Shown here: positions 47,856-56,362 of the stretch, one piece after another
Numbering within the stretch: position 1 is the first letter of the stretch
Layout: each line of letters starts with the position of its first letter
Source of the DNA: Vicinamibacterales bacterium
GTDB lineage: Bacteria; Acidobacteriota; Vicinamibacteria; Vicinamibacterales; CAVVIG01
DNA: 64,000 bases
Assembly: GCA_035259385.1 (NCBI GenBank)
Contig: DATFWL010000130.1
Span: forward strand, 33,319 to 97,318
Reading direction: 5' to 3'
Program-made: the position numbers and the translations under genes
The notes under the pieces: model-generated
Seen by the model: the letters and a program-made list of their open reading frames with translations, nothing else
Told to the model about the DNA's origin: nothing
The model's database searches: none

Positions 47856-48991
47856 TGCGCTGCGGTGCTTCGCGTCGGCGCCGGCTTCAGCTGCAGCTTC
47901 TGCACGCGCCAGTTGAGCAGCTCGGCGACGTAGATCTCGTTCTCGCTCGGGCACGCGATCTCGTGGATCCAGCCGAACTGCTTCAGCTGATGGCCCGACC
48001 GTCCGAGCTGTCCGAGCACCTTCCCGTCGGGAACCGACAGCTTGTAGACGCGGCCGGGGAACGCGTCGCTGCTGTACAGGAACTGCTGCCCCTGTGCGTT
48101 CGGCGGGGTCACGCAGATCGCCCATGGCGCGCCGGGGGCCATCGTGCCGGCTCCGGGTGGCGCGTTGGGCGCGAGCAGCGCCGCGACGTCCGGCTTCGCG
48201 CCCATCCATGGCATCGCGTCGGGCGGCGCCGTCGCGTCGATCTTGATCTCGCGCACGAACGTGTTGGTCTTCGGATCGATCACCTGGATGCGGCGGTTGC
48301 CGCGATCGCCGACGTAGATGTTGCCCTTCGCATCGTAGGAGATCGTGTGCGGCGTGTTCAGCTTGCCGAGCTCGCCGCCGCCGGGCTCGCCGATCGAGGC
48401 CACCCAGTCGCCGTCCTTCGTGAACTTCGCGACGCGCGAGTTGATGTAGCCGTCGCTGATGTAGATGTTGCCGTCGGTGTCGAACGCGACGTCGGTCGGC
48501 TGGCGGAACTGTCCCGGAACCGGCGGCCGCGGCGGGGTCACGCGCTCCCAGGGCTCGGCCTTGTCGGACGCTTCCTTCTTGCGTCCGAACACCATCGTGA
48601 CGTGTCCCTCCGGGTTGAAGCGGACGATCATGTCGGAGCCTTTGTCGATCGCCCAGAGGTTGTCGTCCTTGTCGAAGCGGATCGCGTGCGCGTAGGACCA
48701 CGCGTAGACGCCTTTGCCGATCTCCTTCACGAACTTGCCGGTCTTGTCGAACAGGAGAATCTGCGACGCGGTGGCGCCGTACGCGGGACCGCCGGCGCTG
48801 TTCGACCGCGTGTAGACGGCGACGTCGCCCTTCGAATTCACGGCGACGCCCGACGCTTCGCCGAAGTTCATGTCGGGCGGCAGCTTGAGGAAGTTGGGGA
48901 CGGAATCGAACGGAATCTCGGGAATCGACGGCTGCTGCGCGAACGCCGCCGGCGTGAGGATGACGACGATTGCGAGGACCCACTTTTTCAC
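47852..48991 (-). CDS. NHL repeat-containing six-bladed beta-propeller protein (secreted)
   Basis: GTG start gives MKKWVLAIVVILTPAAFAQ. NHL repeats (…IYVGDRGNRRIQVIDPKTNTF…, …IYISDGYINSRVAKFTKDGDW…). Alternative ATG start at 49027. Confidence 0.85.
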   Translation of the reverse strand: MKKWVLAIVVILTPAAFAQQPSIPEIPFDSVPNFLKLPPDMNFGEASGVAVNSKGDVAVYTRSNSAGGPAYGATASQILLFDKTGKFVKEIGKGVYAWSYAHAIRFDKDDNLWAIDKGSDMIVRFNPEGHVTMVFGRKKEASDKAEPWERVTPPRPPVPGQFRQPTDVAFDTDGNIYISDGYINSRVAKFTKDGDWVASIGEPGGGELGKLNTPHTISYDAKGNIYVGDRGNRRIQVIDPKTNTFVREIKIDATAPPDAMPWMGAKPDVAALLAPNAPPGAGTMAPGAPWAICVTPPNAQGQQFLYSSDAFPGRVYKLSVPDGKVLGQLGRSGHQLKQFGWIHEIACPSENEIYVAELLNWRVQKLQLKPAPTRSTAAQ

Positions 48992-49050
48992 GGTCGCCTC
49001 TCTTTCGCGTGGCCGGATCAGGTGCATGAACGCGGCAGTATAGCGCCAGC

Positions 49051-49133
49051 GCCGCCACGAAGGCACGAAGACGCGAAGAAGACCATTTGAGTACAAAAGT
49101 ATTTTCTTCGCGCCTTCGTGTGTTCGTGGCGGC
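49051..49133. repeat. word hairpin (gccgccacgaaggcacgaagacgcgaagaa … ttcttcgcgccttcgtgtgttcgtggcggc)
   Basis: Arms of about 30 nt built from cacgaag-type words, with an AT-rich loop. It lies between co-directional genes (DAHP synthase stop and NHL start). Confidence 0.9.
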
Positions 49134-49160
49134 AAAAAATGCCGAGCGGTCGTGAGTCCG

Positions 49161-50216
49161 TCAACCGCGCGCCCGGCGCGCGCGCGCCAACGTTTTCAGC
49201 AGCGGCTCGGTCTGCGCGAGCGACAGACAGGCGTCGGTGATGCTCTGACCGTAAACGGCCGGCTGGCCGGGGACGTAATCCTGTCGTCCCTCGACGAGAT
49301 GGCTCTCGATCATCGCGCCGAAGATCTGGCGCGACCCGCCCGCGATCTGTTCGGCGATCGCGGACGCGACCTCCGGCTGCCGCAGGTGATCCTTGTGGCT
49401 GTTGCCGTGCGAGCAGTCGACCATCACGCTTTCGCGAAGGCCCTTCGCGACGAGCCGCGCGCACACCTTGGCGATGTGATCGGCGTCGTAATTCGGTCCG
49501 GTGCGGGTGCCGCCGCGGAGGATCACGTGGCAGGAGTCGTTGCCCGAGGTCTGGAAGATCGCCGACACGCCCTGCTTGGTCACCGACGGGAACCAGTGCG
49601 GCGATCGCGCGGTCATCACGGCGTCGACGGCGATCTGGGTGCTGCCGTCGGTGCTGTTCTTGAAGCCGACCGGCATCGACAGCCCCGACGCGAGCTCGCG
49701 GTGGACCTGGCTTTCCGCCGTGCGCGCGCCGATCGCCACCCACGAGGTGAGGTCGGCGATGTGCTGCGGAATCTGCGTGTCGAGGAATTCCGAGCCGGTC
49801 GGCAGGCCGAGGTCGTTGACGTCGAGCAGCAGCTGGCGCGCCAGGCGGAGTCCCTTGTTGATGTGGAAGCTCTCGTCGAGATCGGGATCGTTGATCAGCC
49901 CCTTCCACCCGACCACGGTGCGCGGCTTCTCGAAGTAGGTGCGCATGACGATCAGGAGGTCGTCGGACAGCCGATCGGCGATCGCCTTCAGGCGCCCGGC
50001 GTACTCGAACGCCGCGCGCGTATCGTGGATCGAGCACGGGCCGGCGACCACGACCAGCCGCGAGTCGGCGCCGGCGATGATGTTCGCGATCGCCGCGCGC
50101 GCATCGGCCACGACGTTCGAGGCGCGCTCGCTGATCGGGATTTCCTCCAGCAGGATCGCCGGCGGGATCAGCGGACGCACGTCCCGGATGCGCAGGTCGT
50201 CGGTTGGTCGAATCAT
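49161..50216 (-). CDS. aroG: 3-deoxy-7-phosphoheptulonate (DAHP) synthase, class I
   Basis: 351 aa from ATG 50214-50216. …RLVVVAGPCSIHD…KPRTVVGWKGLINDP…HGNS motifs of AroF/G/H-type enzymes. Which isoenzyme (feedback specificity) cannot be told from the sequence. Confidence 0.9.
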   Translation of the reverse strand: MIRPTDDLRIRDVRPLIPPAILLEEIPISERASNVVADARAAIANIIAGADSRLVVVAGPCSIHDTRAAFEYAGRLKAIADRLSDDLLIVMRTYFEKPRTVVGWKGLINDPDLDESFHINKGLRLARQLLLDVNDLGLPTGSEFLDTQIPQHIADLTSWVAIGARTAESQVHRELASGLSMPVGFKNSTDGSTQIAVDAVMTARSPHWFPSVTKQGVSAIFQTSGNDSCHVILRGGTRTGPNYDADHIAKVCARLVAKGLRESVMVDCSHGNSHKDHLRQPEVASAIAEQIAGGSRQIFGAMIESHLVEGRQDYVPGQPAVYGQSITDACLSLAQTEPLLKTLARARRARG

Positions 50217-50284
50217 GTGATGAGCGGGCCGCCGGCCCACCGCCGCGCGTAGCGCGAAGCCGGCGTAATGAGAATAATACCGGA

Positions 50285-50653
50285 ATGCCGTTCCTCATCC
50301 GGCTGCTGGTCAACGCAGCGGCGCTCTGGGTGGCCACCGCGATCGTGCCGGGGGTGACCTACACCGGCGGACCGCTGCCGCTGTTCGGCGTCGCGCTCGT
50401 CTTCGGGATCATCAACGCGACGCTGCGCCCGCTGGCGAAGATCCTCACCTTTCCGCTGATCATCGTCACGCTCGGGATCTTCGCGCTCGTCATCAACGGG
50501 CTGATGCTGTGGCTGACCAGCTCGCTGTCCGACGCGCTCGGCCTCGGGTTCCACGTCAGCGGCTTCTGGCCCGCGTTCTGGGGCGCGCTGGTCGTGAGCC
50601 TCGTCAGTCTCGCGCTGTCTCTGGCGATCCGCGACGTCGCAAGTGAGCGCTGA
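50285..50653 (+). CDS. phage holin family protein (4-TM superfamily IV, PF04020-like membrane protein)
   Basis: MPFLIRLLVNAAALWVATAIVPGV…FGIINATLRPLAKILTFPLIIVTLGIFALVINGLMLWLTS is the characteristic pattern. 122 aa. Confidence 0.75.
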   Translation: MPFLIRLLVNAAALWVATAIVPGVTYTGGPLPLFGVALVFGIINATLRPLAKILTFPLIIVTLGIFALVINGLMLWLTSSLSDALGLGFHVSGFWPAFWGALVVSLVSLALSLAIRDVASER

Positions 50654-50700
50654 CGAAAAGCAACCGCAGAGAACGCGGAGAGTGCTTTTCTTCTCCGTGT
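50654..50700. repeat. small hairpin with cgcagaga/cgcggaga words (gaaaagca … tgcttttc; ggaga … tctcc)
   Basis: Read directly. It fills the gap between convergent stops. Confidence 0.7.
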
Positions 50701-51638
50701 CACCAGGGCATCTGACGTTTGGTGTATTCGCGGCCGATCTGCGCCGCGCGTTCGCTGGCGGGGCCGATCATCACCCCTTCCTTGATCATGTCGACGACGT
50801 TGTCGGCGTTCATCGAGTTCAGGAAGTAGATCTTCGCCGCCTTCGTCGCCGCGAACACCTTCGCGCGGGCCGCCTGCATCTCCTTCGGCATCGGACCCGG
50901 GCCGTTCTTGACGCCGAGCGAGAACGACATGTCGCCGGGGCCCCATTCGGCAAAGCCGACGCCGGGGATCTTCGCGTTGGCGTCGGCGTTCTCGAGCGCG
51001 TACTTGTCTTCGAGCTTCAGCCCGATCAGCAGCTCGCCCTTCGGATTGAGCGGCCAGACGTCCGCCTTCTCGGCGTACTCGTCCGGCGTGATGCCCCAGA
51101 TGCGTGCCGCCGTGGAGTTGCCGTGCACGCCGCGCCGTCCGCCGAACGCAGGGAAGCGGACCGCTTCGACGAAGGCGCGCACCGCGCCGGGCGTATCCGC
51201 GTGGCACAACAGGATCCCGTGCACGCCGGTCGCGAGGACCTGGTGGAACATCCACGCGTTCGCACGGACCGTCGCCTCGTCGGTGCCGTTCACCGGCACG
51301 TTGACGATCACCGCCGGCGTCTTGTGGCCGCTCTTGGTCGGCCCGCCCTTGACCAGCCCCTTCATGTAGTCGGAGAGGCCCTTGACGTCGAACGGCGCGT
51401 GCTCCATGTCGTAGCTGATGTAGTCCGCGTACGTCTGCGCGTCCTTCACCCCCTGCTCGAAGTTGCCGTCGGTTCCCTCGTGCGATCCCGTGTAGTAGAT
51501 CGGTTGCCCCTGCGAGAGCAGATCGATGGCGCGGTTGATGCGTGTCGCCTTCGCTCCGTCCGCGGCGAGGTGCACCATCGCCACGACGAGCGCCATGCCG
51601 ATGCCGATCCCACGCAGGTACTTCGCGGTATGCTTCAT
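50700..51638 (-). CDS. HpcH/HpaI aldolase / citrate lyase family protein
   Basis: GGAGG before ATG 51636-51638. …ADYISYDMEHAPFD…VIVNVP…GILLCHADTP… blocks of the HpcH/HpaI fold. The 733-aa track ORF is an upstream extension antisense to the next gene. Confidence 0.75.
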   Translation of the reverse strand: MKHTAKYLRGIGIGMALVVAMVHLAADGAKATRINRAIDLLSQGQPIYYTGSHEGTDGNFEQGVKDAQTYADYISYDMEHAPFDVKGLSDYMKGLVKGGPTKSGHKTPAVIVNVPVNGTDEATVRANAWMFHQVLATGVHGILLCHADTPGAVRAFVEAVRFPAFGGRRGVHGNSTAARIWGITPDEYAEKADVWPLNPKGELLIGLKLEDKYALENADANAKIPGVGFAEWGPGDMSFSLGVKNGPGPMPKEMQAARAKVFAATKAAKIYFLNSMNADNVVDMIKEGVMIGPASERAAQIGREYTKRQMPW

Positions 51639-51665
51639 GGCGTCATCCTCCACAGCGGGGGTAGT

Positions 51666-52904
51666 ATGCGCCGGATTTGGACGCTGGTTGCGATCTTCTT
51701 GCTGATGGCGCGCGGTGCTGCCGTCCCGCACGCGGCCGACGACCTGTCCGTCGTTCCCTTCCGCATTCACGTCGCCGACGCCGATCTTGCCGACTTGAAG
51801 GCGCGCCTCGCCCGTGCCCGGCTGCCGGACGAAATCCGCGGGTCCGGCTGGACCTACGGCACGAGCCGGGCGTACCTCGAATCGCTCGTCCGCTACTGGC
51901 GCGACGGCTTCGACTGGCGCGCGCAGGAGCGGGCACTCAACCGCTTCGAGCAGTTCACCACCACAATCGACGGGTTGAAAATCCATTTCATCCACCGCCG
52001 GTCGAAGGAGCGCAACGCGCTGCCGTTGCTGATCACACATGGCTGGCCGGGATCGATCGTCGAGTTCACGAAGGTGATCGATCCGCTCAGCGAACCCGCC
52101 GCTCACGGCGGCCGCGCCGAAGACGCCTTCGACATCGTCGCGCCGTCGCTGCCCGGGTTCGGGTTTTCGGACAAACCGCGCGATCGCGGGTTCGATCCGA
52201 CGAGGATCGCCGCGATCGAAGCCGCGCTGATGGCGCGGCTCGGCTACAGCCGCTACGGCGTGCAGGGCGGCGACTGGGGATCGATCATCAGCACGCGCAT
52301 CGCGCTCAACGACGCACCGCACGTCGCCGGCTTGCACCTGAACATGTGCCGGACGGGGCCGCCGCCTGGCGCAAATCCGAACGAGGGCCTGACCACCGCT
52401 GAAGTCGAACGGCTGAAGCGCGCGGACGCCTGGCAGACGGAAGAAACCGGCTATCAGCGCATCCAGGGCACCAAGCCGCAGACGATTGGCTACGCGCTGA
52501 ACGACTCCCCGGTCGGGCTTGCCGCGTGGATCGTCGAGAAGTTTCGCGCCTGGTGCGATTGCGACGGCGATCCCGAAAAGATCTTCACCAAGGACGAGCT
52601 CCTGACGAATATCACGTTGTACTGGGTGACTCAAACCGCGACGTCGTCGGCGCGCATCTATTACGAGAGCGCGCATGCGGCGCCGCTGCCCGCCAGCCGA
52701 CGGATCGAGCCGCCGACGGCATGCGCCGATTTCCCGAAAGAAGTGATCTGGTCGCCGCGCAAGTGGATGGAGGCCCGCTACAACATCGCGCGCTGGACCG
52801 AGATGCCGCGCGGCGGCCACTTCGCGGCGTTCGAGCAGCCCGCGTTGTTCGTGGACGATGTGCGGGAGTTCTTCCGCGGGTTGCGGACCGCGGCCGTCCA
52901 CTGA
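51666..52904 (+). CDS. epoxide hydrolase (alpha/beta hydrolase with an EHN N-terminal domain)
   Basis: Signal-like start MRRIWTLVAIFLLMARGAA. …FRIHVADADLADLKARL…FTTTIDGLKIHFIHRRS…LLITHGWPGS…GGDWGS…. Confidence 0.88.
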   Translation: MRRIWTLVAIFLLMARGAAVPHAADDLSVVPFRIHVADADLADLKARLARARLPDEIRGSGWTYGTSRAYLESLVRYWRDGFDWRAQERALNRFEQFTTTIDGLKIHFIHRRSKERNALPLLITHGWPGSIVEFTKVIDPLSEPAAHGGRAEDAFDIVAPSLPGFGFSDKPRDRGFDPTRIAAIEAALMARLGYSRYGVQGGDWGSIISTRIALNDAPHVAGLHLNMCRTGPPPGANPNEGLTTAEVERLKRADAWQTEETGYQRIQGTKPQTIGYALNDSPVGLAAWIVEKFRAWCDCDGDPEKIFTKDELLTNITLYWVTQTATSSARIYYESAHAAPLPASRRIEPPTACADFPKEVIWSPRKWMEARYNIARWTEMPRGGHFAAFEQPALFVDDVREFFRGLRTAAVH

Positions 52905-52940
52905 GACTCAAACCGCTCACGGCTGATTCGACCGACCGCT

Positions 52941-53591
52941 ATGGCCACCCACGCGCTGCTCGTCACCGTCGAAGATCGACCCGGGATGCTGTTCAAGGTC
53001 ACCGAAGCGCTCGCGGCTGCGGCGGGCGACATCCGCTACGTCGATCTGCTCCACCTGCAGGACGAGACCGAAATCTTCTTCGAGTGCGAGATGCCGGGAC
53101 CGATCGGGCCGATCCTCGAACGGCTGCAGGCGGTCGCGGGCGTGCGCTCGGCGATCACGGCGCCGTCGATGTCCGCCATCTACGGGAAGCGCATCATCAT
53201 CATGGGCGGCGGCGCGCAGGTCGGACAGGTGGCGGTTGGGGCGATCACCGAAGCCGATCGACACAACATCCGCGGTGAACGCATTTCGGTCGATACGATA
53301 CCGCTCGTCGGCGAACAGGCGCTCGCCGCCGCCGTCCGCGCCGTCGTCCGTCTGCCGCGCGTGCGACTGCTGGTGCTTGCCGGCGCGCTCATGGGCGGGG
53401 AGATCACCGAGGCGGTCGAGAGTGTGCGGCGTCAGGGATTGATCGTGATCTCCCTGAACATGGCGGGCAGTGTGCCCGACGCCGCCGACCTCGTCGTGTC
53501 CGATCCGGTCCAGGCGGGCGTCATGGCGGTGATGGCCATCGCCGATACTGCCAAGTTCGACATCCTGCGCCAGCAGAAACGGCGGTACTAG
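52941..53591 (+). CDS. ACT domain-containing protein with an uncharacterised C-terminal domain
   Basis: ACT-like start ALLVTVEDRPGMLFKVTEALAAAAGDIRYVDL…, followed by a Rossmann-like block RIIIMGGGAQVGQVA. The family name is not certain. Confidence 0.6.
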   Translation: MATHALLVTVEDRPGMLFKVTEALAAAAGDIRYVDLLHLQDETEIFFECEMPGPIGPILERLQAVAGVRSAITAPSMSAIYGKRIIIMGGGAQVGQVAVGAITEADRHNIRGERISVDTIPLVGEQALAAAVRAVVRLPRVRLLVLAGALMGGEITEAVESVRRQGLIVISLNMAGSVPDAADLVVSDPVQAGVMAVMAIADTAKFDILRQQKRRY

Positions 53592-54138
53592 TCAGGAATG
53601 TCGGGCCCGGTTGGACTACTGTGTGGGCGCGGGCAAAAAAAATGCTGTCGCGCTCCGGACGTGGACTCGCCGCCTGGGTGGTCGAATTCGCTTTCGCGTC
53701 TTCTTTTCAGGAACCGCCTGGCGTTTCGCCGCCGATGATGTCGTTCATTCTCTTGCGAGGACGATCGACTTCACCGCCTGAACGAATCACCCTGCGTTCG
53801 CCCGACGCATCGCTCATCGTTGATCTCGTCGCGCATCTTCTTTCGAAGCTGCGTGACGCTTTCACTGACTAACGATCCGCCTTGCGTTCCCGGACCACCG
53901 AAGTCGGCTTGCCTACGTCCGGTGCGCAGCAGCGGGTGTGAATGTAGGCTGCGATTTCGAGCTGTCAAGCGAGGTCGCCTCCCCTATTTTGCGTCGATGT
54001 GATTTTTCTTTTCGGTGTCGACATCATTCACGTGATGTGCGCTCGCGTCGACGGCCTGCAAGCGTCAGTGGTGCTGGTAGACACGTGACGCTCTCGCATC
54101 ATCAAGGCAAAATTTCCAGCAGAACGGAAGAGGTCGCG

Positions 54139-55356
54139 TCACGCGGTCGGAACGGTTGGCGCCGGTACGGGCCGCGCTGGCGCCGGCAGGGTGAGCATCA
54201 GCAGGCCGGCGGCCAGGATGATCGCTGCCATCCAGATCAACAGCGGTGCGTACGTGCCGGTCGCGTCGTACGCCCGGCCGAGCAGTATCGGACCGAACGT
54301 GCCGGCCGCCCCCACGGCCATCCAGATGAAGCCGTACAGCGTCGAGATCGATCGCAGGCCGAAGTGGCGGCCGAGGAGATACGGCGCGATGTCGAACTCG
54401 CCGCCGGCGCCGATACCGATGAGCACCGCCGCCACCAGGCCGTGCACGAACGTTTGTGCCTCGGCCAATCGCAGCATGCCGGCTGCCGCCATCGTCAGCA
54501 GCGCGCACGCGACGCGCGCGGCAGCGAAGCGATCGATGAGCCATCCGGCAAGCAGCCGACCGGCCAGGTTGCTGGCCGCCAGCGTCGACACGACGAACGC
54601 CGCACGCGCTGGAAGGACGCCGCGGTCGGTGAGCAGCGCGGCGAGGTGGACGCCAGCGCCGGTTGTGGCAACCGTGCTGCCGAACACGACGATCGTGAGG
54701 GTCCAGAAGACGCGCGATCCGAGGGCCCGCCGCACGACCTGCTGCGCGGGCTCGGCCGCGTCCCGCCGCAGCGTCAGTGGACCCTCGCGCACCAGCAGCG
54801 CGACGATCGGCACGCCGATGGCGACCGTCATCGACCCCAGCGTCAGCCAGGCCACACGCCATCCGGCGGCGCGGATCAGGGATTGCGCGAGCGGCGCCAG
54901 CACGGACCCCGACACGCCCGCGCCTGCCAGCGTCAACGCGAGCGCGCGGCCGCGGTAGCGGTCGAACCAGCTGAAAATCACACGCGAGTACGCGATCGGC
55001 GACGCCCCGACCGTCGCGATGCCGATCACGGCAAACGCCGCGTAGACATGCCACAGACGGTCGGTCAGCGCCGACAGCGAGATCACCGTCAGCCCCGACA
55101 GCAGCAGACAGGGTGCGACGACCCGACGTGCGCCGACGTGGTCGAGCACCATCCCGACCAGCGGCGCCGACACCGCTGTCAGCAGCATCATCGTGCTGTA
55201 GGCGGACGCCGCCATCTGGCGTGACCACGAGAACGTCTCGGCGACCGGCAACAGGAACACGGAGAAGGTCACGATCGGCTGCGACGCGAAGACGACGCCG
55301 ACGGTCGCGGCGCCTGCCACCACCCATCCATTGTCGCGGCTCGCCGGAACGCCCAC
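54139..55356 (-). CDS. MFS transporter
   Basis: 405 aa, 12 TM-like segments with coding-type GC3 bias. It lies 70 nt downstream of the receiver-like gene on the same strand. Confidence 0.85.
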   Translation of the reverse strand: MGVPASRDNGWVVAGAATVGVVFASQPIVTFSVFLLPVAETFSWSRQMAASAYSTMMLLTAVSAPLVGMVLDHVGARRVVAPCLLLSGLTVISLSALTDRLWHVYAAFAVIGIATVGASPIAYSRVIFSWFDRYRGRALALTLAGAGVSGSVLAPLAQSLIRAAGWRVAWLTLGSMTVAIGVPIVALLVREGPLTLRRDAAEPAQQVVRRALGSRVFWTLTIVVFGSTVATTGAGVHLAALLTDRGVLPARAAFVVSTLAASNLAGRLLAGWLIDRFAAARVACALLTMAAAGMLRLAEAQTFVHGLVAAVLIGIGAGGEFDIAPYLLGRHFGLRSISTLYGFIWMAVGAAGTFGPILLGRAYDATGTYAPLLIWMAAIILAAGLLMLTLPAPARPVPAPTVPTA

Positions 55357-55426
55357 AGGAGCGGCATTCTAGTGGATCGATCGATGCGGCGTGATCGAAT
55401 CGCGAGCGGGTCAGCTCGCTGGTTGG

Positions 55427-55798
55427 TCAGTTCATTGTCGCGACGAGCGGCTGCGCCGACGCGTCGTGAAACGATCCGAAGCCAACCGGATCGAACTCGG
55501 CCAGTTGCGGCGCTTCGACCCAGGTGCAGACCGGAATCTCGGCGGTCTCCGGATCGAGCGCGAGCATCGACAGGAGTTGGAAGCTCCGGAGGTCGTCGAT
55601 CGCCAGGCAGACAATCACCAGATCCGGTGTCGTCTTCTTGATGCACGAGTAGGCACGCTCCGTCGACTCGACGAACACCACGTCGTAGTCGCCGGCGTCG
55701 AGAAGCGTATCGAGCACCGCCGGCTGCAGGTCGGTCGCGACGACCGCGACGGTTCTCGGCGTGGTGACCTTCGAGGCGCGGCCTGCATCGTTCTTCAT
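55427..55798 (-). CDS. receiver (CheY-like) fold protein with a degenerate acidic pocket (pseudo-receiver)
   Basis: GGGAG SD before ATG 55796-55798. The pattern VAVVATDLQ…GDYDVVFVES…AYSCIKKTTPDLVIVCLAIDDLRSFQLLSML…IPVCTWV mirrors REC beta/alpha periodicity, but the N-terminal DD pair is TD. Confidence 0.6.
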   Translation of the reverse strand: MKNDAGRASKVTTPRTVAVVATDLQPAVLDTLLDAGDYDVVFVESTERAYSCIKKTTPDLVIVCLAIDDLRSFQLLSMLALDPETAEIPVCTWVEAPQLAEFDPVGFGSFHDASAQPLVATMN

Positions 55799-55822
55799 GA
55801 TCAACTCCCGCCGGCGAGCACT

Positions 55823-55838
55823 GGCAAAGACAATGCCG
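55823..55838 (-). promoter_or_regulatory. sigma-54 type promoter (minus strand cGGCAT-tgtct-TTGCc)
   Basis: GG-N10-GC spacing is exact and the -12 element is TTGC. The -12 GC is 26 nt upstream of the receiver-like ATG, implying a leader of about 14 nt that contains the SD. Confidence 0.55.
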
Positions 55839-56036
55839 CTACGTTTTGCAGCGTTTTGCGCGGCCGCGGGCGTTGTGGCATCCAGGCGCCCGTACACATT
55901 GCACATGGATGCGCAACCCGGCGGTTGATCGACAGTCCCCCGACGTCGCCGCGACCTACCGCTGTGCGCCCGCAGTGCCGCTAACGCGCTCATTCCACGT
56001 GGTCTGCCGCCAGCGGACACGCACCGCTCCGGTCAG

Positions 56037-56051
56037 CGGCGCGCCGCTTGC
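56037..56051 (+). promoter_or_regulatory. sigma-54 type promoter cGGCGC-gccgc-TTGCc
   Basis: Exact GG-N10-GC spacing. Near-identical to the element at 58532-58546 (GGCGCnCCGnTTGCCTTG). It lies 28 nt upstream of small ORF A. Confidence 0.6.
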
Positions 56052-56078
56052 CTTGTCACCGCGCGAAAGGTGACGACG

Positions 56079-56318
56079 ATGACCAACGACTTCTACCGCT
56101 ACCGGCAGCAGAGCCTCGAGATCTTCATCGACCACCTCCTCGAGGACGAGGAGCTCCGTGATTCGTTCCTCCGCACCCCGCGGCAGACCCTGCGGCACGC
56201 CGCCGACTGGGGGCTTCCGCTCTGCGAGAGCGAGATGCGCGCCCTCATCGCCGCGGATCCGTCGGTGTGGGACCGGATTGCGGACGAACTCGACTCGCGG
56301 CTGCAGCAGGCGGCCTGA
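56079..56318 (+). CDS. small helical protein A (79 aa), uncharacterised; paralog of 58578-58841
   Basis: GAAAGG SD 8 nt before the ATG. High GC3. About 40% identity by eye with ORF B ([20 protein letters not shown]… vs SIEIVIGRLLTDEEFRDTFL…; …[24 protein letters not shown] vs …ALIAVDVSLWLRVAEQIDPRLQKA). Confidence 0.65.
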   Translation: MTNDFYRYRQQSLEIFIDHLLEDEELRDSFLRTPRQTLRHAADWGLPLCESEMRALIAADPSVWDRIADELDSRLQQAA

Positions 56319-56362
56319 ACGCGTCGCGATCGCTGGTGAACGCCGTCGCGATCGCCTCTGTC

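Noticed and set aside
53604-53642. Possible intrinsic terminator (GCCCG…CGGGC followed by A8) after the ACT-domain gene.
   Set aside because: The stem is only 5 bp with a 20-nt loop. The homopolymer is A on the + strand, and on the minus strand the T-run precedes the hairpin. Neither orientation matches a hairpin followed by a U-tract.
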